Assembly: GCA_030539985.1 (NCBI GenBank)
Contig: JAUNXD010000001.1
Span: forward strand, 1-44,206
Reading direction: 5' to 3'
Length of the DNA: 44,206 bases
Source of the DNA: Methanobrevibacter sp.
Lineage (GTDB): Archaea; Methanobacteriota; Methanobacteria; Methanobacteriales; Methanobacteriaceae
Positions 1 through 10,200 of this stretch are shown here, in pieces (the first letter of the stretch is position 1; each line of letters starts with the position of its first letter). Both the position numbers and the translations under genes were made by a program. A model generated the notes under the pieces. That model was not told the origin of the DNA and searched no databases. It saw only the letters and a program-made list of their open reading frames with translations.

Positions 1-1
1 T

Positions 2-85
2 TAACTTATACTGGATAACTTAAATGTTATTCTTTAGAGCTTTGAAATTTTAAGTTATACTTCATAACTGGTAACTTAAAACTTA
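2..85. repeat. Cluster of TAACTTA heptamers upstream of parA (candidate operator or centromere-like site)
   Basis: Perfect copies at 2-8, 16-22 and 72-78, plus an inverted copy (TAAGTTA) at 51-57. Near copies at 65-71 and 79-85. The cluster may extend left of the window. Confidence 0.6.
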
Positions 86-107
86 TCATAAATAGGAGAA
101 TTCTTTA

Positions 108-890
108 ATGAGTGAAGTAATTGCAGTGATGAATCAAAAGGGTGGCTGTGGTAAAACAACAACTGTTGTGAATACTGCAACATCTCTAGCGGTAATGGGA
201 AAATCTGTTTTAGTGGTCGATATGGATCCTCAGGCCAATGCTACTACAAGCTTTGGCATTGATAAAACTAAGATAGAAAATACAATATACGATGCTATCA
301 TTGGGGATATAAATGTAAAAAAAGCAACAATTCCTACGTTTATTAAAAATTTGTTTATTATCCCAAGTAATATATCCCTCAGTGGTGCTGGAATGGAGCT
401 TTCCAAACGTGAAAATTATCACATTATCCTGAAGGAAACTCTAAAAGATGTTGTACCATTATTCGACTACATATTCATAGATTTGCCTCCTTCATTAGGG
501 GTCATAACAGTCAATGCATTAGTAGCTTCCGATAGTGTTCTGATACCTATCCAAGCTGAGTATTATGCTCTTGAAGGAGTTGCCGATTTGATTAATACAA
601 TTAAATTGGTTGAAAATCGACTTAGAAGTCCCACCCCAATTAAAGGAATTCTCCTCACTCTATATGATAAGAGAACTAGGCTTAGCAAAGACGTTTATAA
701 GGAACTCAAAAGTCACTTCGGCGAAAGCAATCTACTTTTCAAAACAATAATTCCAAGAAACATCAGATTGGCCGAGGCTCCAAGTTTCGGTAAGCCATGC
801 CTTATTTATGATCCGGACAGTACAGGAACAAAAGCTTATCTTAAGTTAGCTAAAGAAATCATTGAACGTGATAATGGAGATGGTTCATAA
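108..890 (+). CDS. parA: ParA/Soj family partition ATPase
   Basis: Deviant Walker A (NQKGGCGKTT), VDMDPQAN, Walker B region (FIDLPPSLG) and Soj-type C-terminal YDKRTRLS / IPRNIRLAEAPS. AGGAG ribosome-binding site upstream. Confidence 0.93.
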   Translation: MSEVIAVMNQKGGCGKTTTVVNTATSLAVMGKSVLVVDMDPQANATTSFGIDKTKIENTIYDAIIGDINVKKATIPTFIKNLFIIPSNISLSGAGMELSKRENYHIILKETLKDVVPLFDYIFIDLPPSLGVITVNALVASDSVLIPIQAEYYALEGVADLINTIKLVENRLRSPTPIKGILLTLYDKRTRLSKDVYKELKSHFGESNLLFKTIIPRNIRLAEAPSFGKPCLIYDPDSTGTKAYLKLAKEIIERDNGDGS

Positions 891-1402
891 TGGCTAGAAA
901 AGGACTTGGAAAAGGTTTGGATTCATTGATTCCTGACATTTATGATGAAAATTTCGACAGCAACTCAACCCAATCCCTTGAAGACATGTTGAAAGAGGAA
1001 GAGGAGACTATTGAAGAGGTTGTTGAGGATATAGAATCAAAAGAGGAAGTTGAACCTCAGGAAGATGAAGAGATAATAGAAGATGATTCAAATGATGAGG
1101 AAGTTGAAGAAGCTCAAGTGGCTGAAAGCACATCCGAAGACTTATCTGGCGATGAAGATAGCGAAGAAAGCATACAGGCATCACCAGAAATCGAAATCAA
1201 AAAGGAACATGTAGATGAAGTAAAACAAATCGTTGATAAGAACCCACGTATCACATTATGGTCTTCAAGATCATCTGCTGTTTTTAGATATTTAAGAAAA
1301 ACCGAACCTGAATTCAGTATTTCTAAAGAGGCTTCAGTTCTCATTGAAGAGGCCGTCGCAAAAAAATATCCTGAAATTTGGGCATTATTTGAAGATTTAT
1401 AA
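890..1402 (+). CDS. Putative ParA partner: ParB-like N-terminal peptide, acidic linker and RHH-like C-terminal domain
   Basis: Start overlaps the parA stop (TAATG). N-terminus MARKGLGKGLDSLIP, D/E-rich middle, and a compact C-terminal ~55 aa domain. Confidence 0.7.
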   Translation: MARKGLGKGLDSLIPDIYDENFDSNSTQSLEDMLKEEEETIEEVVEDIESKEEVEPQEDEEIIEDDSNDEEVEEAQVAESTSEDLSGDEDSEESIQASPEIEIKKEHVDEVKQIVDKNPRITLWSSRSSAVFRYLRKTEPEFSISKEASVLIEEAVAKKYPEIWALFEDL

Positions 1403-1576
1403 TCTTCCTTTTTTTATCAATTTTTTAATATTTGACAATCTATTTTACACTTGAAATTTTTCTCCGTATAATTTCAAAAATCTATTTGAAACTAATTTTT
1501 TTCTATTGTTTAAATTGATTATACAATATAATATTTGAAAATTAATTTTCTTCAATCAATAAATATTCATCATTAA

Positions 1577-2692
1577 TTACTGGAAATCAAAGGTAGTCTG
1601 ATATTCGCCGCTTATTTTAATGTATGGTTCAGCCCTATCAACTACAACTCCCAAACTTCTAAGCTGTTCCTTATTTGAAAATGGTATTTTTTTCCGAATA
1701 TAAATTATTTGTTTTGCTGATTTTATACCGATACCCGGTACGCGAATAAGTTCGATTAATGGTGCTGAATTGATTTCCACAGGGAATATATCCATATTTT
1801 TTGCGGCTAAAATCTTAGGATCCTGGTCCAATATTAACCTGTCGTTTTCATCAAAAACCAGTTCTTTGACATCATAATGGTATTCATTGATTAAACTGTC
1901 GGCATTGTACAGTTTAGTGGTTCTGTCGGTTGAACATGCATCTTTATTTTGAAATTCTGTCTCTTCAATTGGAGTGAATGCTGAAAAATATGTCCTCTTC
2001 AAATCCGAATTTTTGTATATTTTTTCCATTCTACTGAGTATTTCCCTGTCACTTTCATCATTCGCACCGACAATAAGTTGGGTGGTATGGGTAGAATTTG
2101 GATATGTTGTACTTTTATGCTGGTATCTGTTAATCCATGACAGACGTTTCAATATATCCTTGTTGTAATCTTTTGTTGATGACAGCTCGGCCAGGCCTGA
2201 TGGTGTTGCAGCTTCAATATTAATGCTTACCCTGTTTGCCAGTGCCAGAGCTCTTTTGATTGAGTCACGGCTTGCACCAGGTACTACTTTTAGGTGGATA
2301 TAGTCATCATATCCGTATTTGTTTCTTAAAAGATGAACGGTTTCAATCTGCTTTTCCATTGTGGAATCTACATCGCCTGAAATTCCGGAACTTAAAAACA
2401 ATCCGTTGACAAGTCCTCTTCCGTAATATCCAAGAAATGCCCTTGCAAGCTCTTCTGGTGAAAGTTCAAGTCTTGTGAAGTTTCTTTTGGATTGGTTGAT
2501 GCAGTATTTGCAGTCGTTTTTGCATTTGTTTGTCAGCAATGTTTTGAAAAGAGGAATCTTACAGCCGTTATGGCCGGTTGCCTCATAGATGCCGGGCAGA
2601 TTAACCTGGGATGACTTGTTGTGGCTTACATAATCGCATAGGTCGTACTGTGCCGAATCTGTGAGAATCTTCATCTTTTCTAGTGATGTCAT
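1577..2692 (-). CDS. Radical SAM protein with C-terminal helix-hairpin-helix (putative DNA modification/repair radical SAM family)
   Basis: CxxxCxxC motif (CKNDCKYC), GLFLSSG, YIHLKVVPG and HhH motif VPGIGIKSA. Confidence 0.85.
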   Translation of the reverse strand: MTSLEKMKILTDSAQYDLCDYVSHNKSSQVNLPGIYEATGHNGCKIPLFKTLLTNKCKNDCKYCINQSKRNFTRLELSPEELARAFLGYYGRGLVNGLFLSSGISGDVDSTMEKQIETVHLLRNKYGYDDYIHLKVVPGASRDSIKRALALANRVSINIEAATPSGLAELSSTKDYNKDILKRLSWINRYQHKSTTYPNSTHTTQLIVGANDESDREILSRMEKIYKNSDLKRTYFSAFTPIEETEFQNKDACSTDRTTKLYNADSLINEYHYDVKELVFDENDRLILDQDPKILAAKNMDIFPVEINSAPLIELIRVPGIGIKSAKQIIYIRKKIPFSNKEQLRSLGVVVDRAEPYIKISGEYQTTFDFQ

Positions 2693-3073
2693 AGTATCAT
2701 TATATTTTTTTATTTATTATTAAATTTTGATTTTACAATATAATATTTTTGCACATTTTCGATGTTTTCCACAATATTGGATTTGATTCAGTATTTTTGT
2801 AAATTATTTTTTATATTATTGATAGAATTCAGTTAACTTTGTTATATTTTGATATTTTCTAATATTCATAAAATGAATAAACAGATAAAAAATTCTATTA
2901 TAGAATTCATTTGTGTAAAATTAAATGAATTTTTTGATTAAATGTATAAGTTTATATATGATGAAATATAATGTAACAGTGTTATTTAATAATTTTAAAG
3001 ATTATCACAAATAACTATTTTTAGAAAATATTGCAACGCAATATAATAAATTTAATAAAAAAATGAAGGGGGT

Positions 3074-3910
3074 TTGAAGATGGACTTACAATTTGATATA
3101 TTAAAATTATCTATAATTTTCATGTTGGTTTTAGTTTTAATTCCGGCAGCTACTGCTATGGACTCAAATGAAACTTTTTACGTGGAATATGAAGATTCAA
3201 ATTATGAAGATCTCATCGATGATCATGTTGAATATGAAGTTGAAGATATTCAAAGTCACGAACCCTCCCATGAAGAGAATGTAAAAACATCAGATACTTT
3301 TAATGAGGATGCAGGTGAAGATAGTCACAATCCAGATTCTAACGATTTAAAACATAATGAAATTGTTAATGTGTCTCAAAAGCCTGCAACCGTTGAAATA
3401 AAAGAGGATGTTGGGATTCATGATAATGAAGTTATAGAACCTGAATTTGCATATGCTGATGTTGCATGTTTAGATGATTTAGTTCAAAATATCAATGAAT
3501 CCAGTGAAGATGACTTGACTTTTGAAAATAGAGTCGACCAGGATTTCCTAATTTATAAAAAGAATTTAGAGATTAATTTCTTATTATTTAATGATTTATA
3601 TAATGAAAGTAGCTTTTCTGAAGTGTCCTTTAACAATTACAATCTTTTTATAACGAAAATTTTGAAATTGAAGGATAAATTATTGTTTAATAAGGACTCA
3701 TTCATCTATTTCCACAATCAGATCGTTGATTTTGAAGAAATTATTACTATAAATAAAATTACTTCCGATTATGCATACAATATAGATAACTCTATTGTTG
3801 GTGCGGATTGCATTGTAAATTTGTTTTCTTGTTTTTTAAATTTTAAATCTTATTTTGACCCTTTTTTCTTAACTTTTACGGTGATATTTTTTCATGTGCT
3901 GATTTTATAA
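3074..3910 (+). CDS. Hypothetical exported or membrane protein with acidic N-terminal half
   Basis: Purine-rich RBS before the TTG start (alternative ATG at 3080). Signal peptide-like N-terminus, D/E/H-rich region and hydrophobic C-terminus. Confidence 0.65.
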   Translation: MKMDLQFDILKLSIIFMLVLVLIPAATAMDSNETFYVEYEDSNYEDLIDDHVEYEVEDIQSHEPSHEENVKTSDTFNEDAGEDSHNPDSNDLKHNEIVNVSQKPATVEIKEDVGIHDNEVIEPEFAYADVACLDDLVQNINESSEDDLTFENRVDQDFLIYKKNLEINFLLFNDLYNESSFSEVSFNNYNLFITKILKLKDKLLFNKDSFIYFHNQIVDFEEIITINKITSDYAYNIDNSIVGADCIVNLFSCFLNFKSYFDPFFLTFTVIFFHVLIL

Positions 3911-4260
3911 ATTTTTGAAGATGTATTTTAAATTAAATAACTATAACCTGGTCAATTCTTTTTAATCATTGAAAAATGGTTTTTTCTGGTTGATTTTGGG
4001 TTTAGATAATATTTATTATTTATTCAGTTATTTCTTATCGCTAAATGGTTTTTAATTGCTGAAGAATTTTAGTGTTTGGTTTCAAAATATGTTCTAAATA
4101 ATTTATTTAAAGGCATTTAAAAAATTAATCCAAAATCTGACTGGTTCATTATATAGGTAAAATCACTATAACGTCTTAATCGCTTATGGGCATTATGTTT
4201 TATTAAATAATATTAATTTGCAGGCAAATTTTCTTTTTCAGAAAAATGAGGTAAAAAAAC

Positions 4261-7200
4261 ATGAAATTAAATGCGAAACTTTTAGTCGTCGCAATGGTAA
4301 TTGCAGTAATCTTTTCAATCGGTGCTGTTTCAGCTTCCGGCGAAAATGTCACTGCTTTAGCAAACGACTTTACTCAAGTTCCACATGAACAGGTTGTTTC
4401 AGTTTCTGAACCAACAGTTCAGGAAGTTGGAGCAACAGATTTAGAGACGTTGTAAATTCTGAAGATTTATCAAGTTCAGATACAAGCGTTTCTTTAAAGG
4501 ATTCCAAAATTAAAGAAGAATCCAATATTTATAAAAAAGGCGGAGATTCCCTTTTGGGAGCCTCTAATGAGAATGAAATATTAGGTACCACCAGATATGT
4601 CAGCGGAAATAACTTCACTGATCTTTCAAATGTAATTGATCAATGTAATGCCGGTGACGTAATAGATTTGCAGGGAAATACCTTTTATGGTAAGGATTTA
4701 AACTTAAATAAAAATATCACCCTTGCAAATGGTGTATTAGAAAGTAATTCCAAACTTGGAAATTATCTATTCAGATACTGTACATTAGAAAATTTGACAT
4801 TGAAAAATTTTGCTACCGAGGGAGGTACCGCCGTAAACTTTTGTACTTTAAATAATGTCCATTTTGATGGTTTTACATCCCAAAAGTCCTGTGACTTTGC
4901 GATTAGGAGTTGTACTTTAGATAATGTTAACTTTACAAATTGTCATGCATTAATGCCTGCAGACCCTAATGAAGAAGATTTTGAAACCGGAGTAATGATT
5001 GTAACTTACCATTCAAGGTTCAATAATTGTCATTTTATTAACTGTTCATCAAATAGGCATTCCGGTGCTATTTGTGTTGCAGGTCAACCGGGCAATACCG
5101 CAAATATTACCAATTGTGTATTCGATAACTGTTCTTCAGGTGTTGGAGGAGCCATATATTTACATGGAACCGGACTTTCAGAAAGTCGCCACAGTAATGT
5201 GATAAATTGTACCTTTACTAACTGTGTTGCTACAGAATGGGGTGGAGCAATAGGTTCCAGTCAGGATTATTTGAATGTTGAAAACTGTGACTTCATTAAT
5301 AACAGCGCTAAACAGGGTGCTGCTTTCATGGTTGGGGGAATCACTCATGGTTTGGATGGTGATAACTCTCAAGGTCACTTTAATACAATGAGGAACTGTT
5401 ATTTATACAATAACACCGGTTCTGAAGAAGGTGGGGCAGTGCACATTACAGGTCATAACAATACCGCTATCGACTGTACTTTTGATGATAATTTTGCTAT
5501 TAATGGTAAAGGTGCAGCAATTTATGTTGAAGGTAACAATGCTTCTGTCATTTCCTCTTCATTTACAAATCATAAGGCCGAAATGGGTACCGTATACATT
5601 GAAGGTAAGAACGCCAAGGTAATTTTCTCCGATTTCAAATCAAACACCGCTTCACATGGAGGTGCCGGTGTTTATATCGAAGGAGACAATTCCTATGTTT
5701 ACAATACCAAATTCGAGGACAACAACGCTTCAATGCACGGTGGTGCAATTCACACAATAGGAAGCAAAACGGTCATTGACAGCTGTAATTTCTATGACAA
5801 CAATGCTATCCCTCGTTCAAATGATCCTAATTATGGTCTTGGAGGGGCTGTCTTTATTAACGGTAGTCACAATTTGATTTCCAATACTTTCTTCGGCCAC
5901 AATACCGCACGTAACGGTTCAGCAATTTATACCACAGGACATAATTTAACTCTTGTCGATGATGAATTCCATGAAAATCAGGCTTGGTCCTATTTCCTCT
6001 TCACTGACGCTCATCCTCCTGAATCCTATTGGAGTGAGGATCTTGAAGTTTTAGTAAATGTAACACTCATTGCAGGAGATAACATTATAAACGCTATTTA
6101 TAACAATGCGCCATACTGGGATATTAACTTCCACAATGTAACTTATGAAGTTTCCGATTACAGTCTGTATAACTCAAGTTACAGAACCACTACCGACAGT
6201 GAAATTCACCCTGAAAACGGTGCTGAAAGAAGTAACGGAGGAAGAATCTTATACCAGGATGCCCGTGAAGACAATCAAAAAATATCACTGAATATTACAT
6301 ATGGTGGAAATAAAGTATTTTCCATAGAAAATCTTATCACAAACATTTATGGAAATGTTTTGCTTCCTGTTACCAAGGAAAAATTGGCCGGCGGATATTT
6401 CACTCCTGGTGTTTATAACGTTTCCGCTTCTCACCCTGAAGACATGTTTTACACAGTTATTGATAATTCAACAACCTTCAGAGTGCTGCCGCATGTTGAT
6501 GTAAGTGTTACCAAAACCAGTAATAAAGATGTTTATTTCGTTGGAGAAAATGCAATCTTTACAATAACTGTTAACAGTGTCGGAACCAACGCTACAGATG
6601 TTAAGGTAAAGGACATTCTTCCGAAATCATTTGAATTCGTTTCTGCCAATGCAACACAGGGAACCTATAATTCAACAACCAATGAATGGTATATCGGTTT
6701 CTTGCCGCATGGCGCTTCTAAAACATTGACATTGATTATTAAAACTACCCAATTAGGCACTTATGACAATGTCGTTAATGCTACATGCTATGAAAAGGAC
6801 TGGAATTTATCCAACAATGTCGATAATAAAACCATTCATGTAAATCTATATTATACCAAAGAGGCTAATCTGACTGAAACCTCAGCAGGGGAATATATTG
6901 AATATTATTTAAGAGTATTCAATACCGGAAAAGAAGATTACACTGAAGTTATTAGAGTACTGGACATAATGCCTGCCGGAATTAGATATGTCGATGAATA
7001 TAGATTACAGGGTGCAGATTTGGTTTACCACCTTGGTTATCCTGACAGACAAATATGGGATATTACCAATATTACTGCAGGCGCTCATGCTAAAATCACT
7101 GTTAAGGCTTTGGCATTAACAGACGGTATTTGGAATAATACATTAAGGGTAAATGATTATCCTCCAGTAAATTCAACAGTCAATGTAACATCCAGTGCAG

Positions 7201-10200
7201 ATTTACAGGTAATTAAGGATGTTATTCCTACAACTGTAAGTAAGGGAGATGTTGTAAACTGGACTATAACCGTAATTAATCACGGTCCAAGTAAGGCATT
7301 CAACGTATATGTGGATGACTTATTGCCAAAAGGCTTGGAAATTGTCGGATATCCAATTCCTAGCAGAAATACAAGATATGATAGAATTTCCGGTAAATGG
7401 ACTATAGGAACTTTGGATGTTAGAGAGTATGTGACTTTGGTCATTCCTACAAAGGTTACAATTTCAGCAGGAAATATTACAAATGTGGCCGTTGTAAACA
7501 GTACCACTCCTGATCCTGATTTATCTAACAATAAGGATAATGACACAATTTACTTCAATCCGGACGTAAGCATTACTAAGCTCGTTTCCACAAAAAATAC
7601 CTATTACGGAGATATCGTATCCTGGACAATCAACGTTACCAATAACGGTCCGAATACAGCAACTGGAGTATATGTAATCGATAAAATCATAATCAACGGA
7701 TTAAGATATATAAATTCAACCTATACAAAAGGAACCGGATATAATCCTGTTTCAGGCAGATGGACAATCGGTAACTTAAATGAAGGCGAATCTGCTGTTT
7801 TAGTTATAAACACTGAAGTTACAATGTTTGACGGACTCATTTCAAATAATGCTACTGTATATGCTACCAATGATAATGATCCTGACAATAATTATGCTGA
7901 AAACTTCACACAGGTTAGAACCGAAGCTGACGTGTCTATTGTGAAACTGGTATCCAATCAAACTTCCCATTATGGAGATGAAATCTTCTGGACAATTATT
8001 GTAACCAATAACGGTCCAAATACTGCAAGGGATGTTGTTGTAATTGATTTCTTGCCGAACACATTACAACAGACTAGGGAACCATTCAGAACTAAAGGTA
8101 CCATATCCCATGCAGGTTCTAATGGAAAATGGAACATAGGCACTTTGGAAAAAGGTGAAAATGCCACTTTGATCGTCTATACTAAAGTGATGACTACTGA
8201 TGCAACTATTATCAACGTTGTTAATGTAACCACATCCACTTACGATCCTGATTTATCCAATAATGAGGCTGAAAACGGTACATATGTTCCTCCGGAATGT
8301 GATGTTCAAATTGTTAAAACCGTAAGCAATTTCACTCCTAACAAAGGAGATAAGGTAATTTGGACCATTGAGGTTATCAATGTCGGTCCTAATGTTGCAA
8401 ATAATGTTGTTGTAACAGACATTTTGCCTGCAGGTCGTTTGAAATACGTTTCACATGAACGTCCAACAGCCGGTTCATTCAGCCATACCAGCGGAATATG
8501 GACTATTGGAACTTTGGAGGTAAATTCAACCAAGGTATTAACTATTACAACCACCGTTGAAGATATCGGCAACATTACAAATGAAGCAAACGTAACCACT
8601 ACAACATATGATGTAAATCTTAAAAATAATTATGATAATGAAACCGTCAGGGTTCCTCCTGCTACTGATTTGGAAATAATTAAAATCGTTTCAGATAAGA
8701 ATCCACGCTTTGGGGATGTTATTACCTGGACAATCACTGTCATTAATCATGGTCCGAATGATGCATATGATGTAAATGTAACCGATAAGCTGCCGGATGG
8801 TTTAGTTTATCAGGGTGACGATTCCAATGGCAAATATAATTCAGCTACAGGCGTATGGGATATCGGCACATTGGCAAAAGGTGCAGATGTTTCTTTAGTA
8901 ATTTCAACCTTGGTCAATATCACTAATGCGACAATTACTAATGTTGCGGTTGTTAATTCAACCACTCCGGACAATAATGAGTCTAACAACAAGGCCAATA
9001 ACACTACCCATATCGACCCTGAAGTTGATTTGGAAATAATCAAACTGGTATCTAACGCTACCGCTAAAAAAGGAGATGTAATCACCTGGACCATTATCGT
9101 TACCAATAAAGGTCCTGATGTAGCTGTTAATGTTGTTGTTAAAGAGAAATTGCCTAATGGTTTAACCTACAATGGCCATAATGCTGATGAAGGGTTATAT
9201 GATAATTCTAAAGGAATTTGGAAGATCAGTCAAATGAAAAAGGATGATTCCTTCAAATTAGTCATTTCAACTATTGTTACAATTTCAAACGGAAATATAA
9301 CCAATATTGTTAATGTCACTTCCGACACTCCAGAAAACAATACCGACAACAACAAGGCAAACAATACCACTAATGTTGCGGAAAATGCGGATTTGGAAGT
9401 TGTTAAGATAGTATCCAACAAGAATCCTCACAAAGGCGACATTATTACCTGGACAATTACCGTAACTAATCACGGTCCTTCAGATGCAAAGAATGTTCGC
9501 GTAATCGATAAGTTGCCTGCAGGTTTAGTGTTTAAAGGCGCTGATGGCAACTATAATCCTCAAACTGGTTTATGGATTGTGGGCAATTTGATTAAAGGCC
9601 AGTCCAAATCTTTAGTAATAACCACTTTGGTAAACATTACAAATAAAACAATAACAAACATTGCTAATGTAACTTCCGACACCCCAGATTCAAATGAAAC
9701 TAATAATAAAGCTAACAACACTACCGATGTTTCACCAGAAGCTGATTTGGAAGTTGTTAAGATTGTATCCAATAAGAATCCTCACAAAGGGGATGTTATT
9801 ACCTGGACAATTACCGTAACCAACAGGGGTCCTGATGCTGCAATCAATGTTAAGGTGACTGATAAGTTGCCTGCAGGTTTAGTGTTTAAAGGCGCTGATG
9901 GCAACTATAATCCTCAAACTGGTTTATGGATTGTGGGCAATTTGATTAAAGGCCAGTCCAAATCTTTAGTAATCACTACCTTGGTAAACATTACTAATGC
10001 GACCATTAGAAACGTTGCAAATGTAACCTCTGATACTTACGATCCAAACAAAACTAATGATGAGGCAAATAATACAACCAATGTTTCACCTGAAGTGGAT
10101 TTGGAAATAATCAAGTTGGTATCTAATAAAACCACAAATAAAGGGGAAGTAATTACCTGGACAATTATTGTTTCCAACAATGGTCCGGACACAGCATTAA

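Noticed and set aside
3028-4230. TTGC-Nx-GCAA palindromes at 3028-3044 and 4215-4230 as additional MarR sites
   Set aside because: Their spacers (3 and 2 nt) differ from the 4-nt ATAT core of the MATE operators, so a shared regulator is unsupported.
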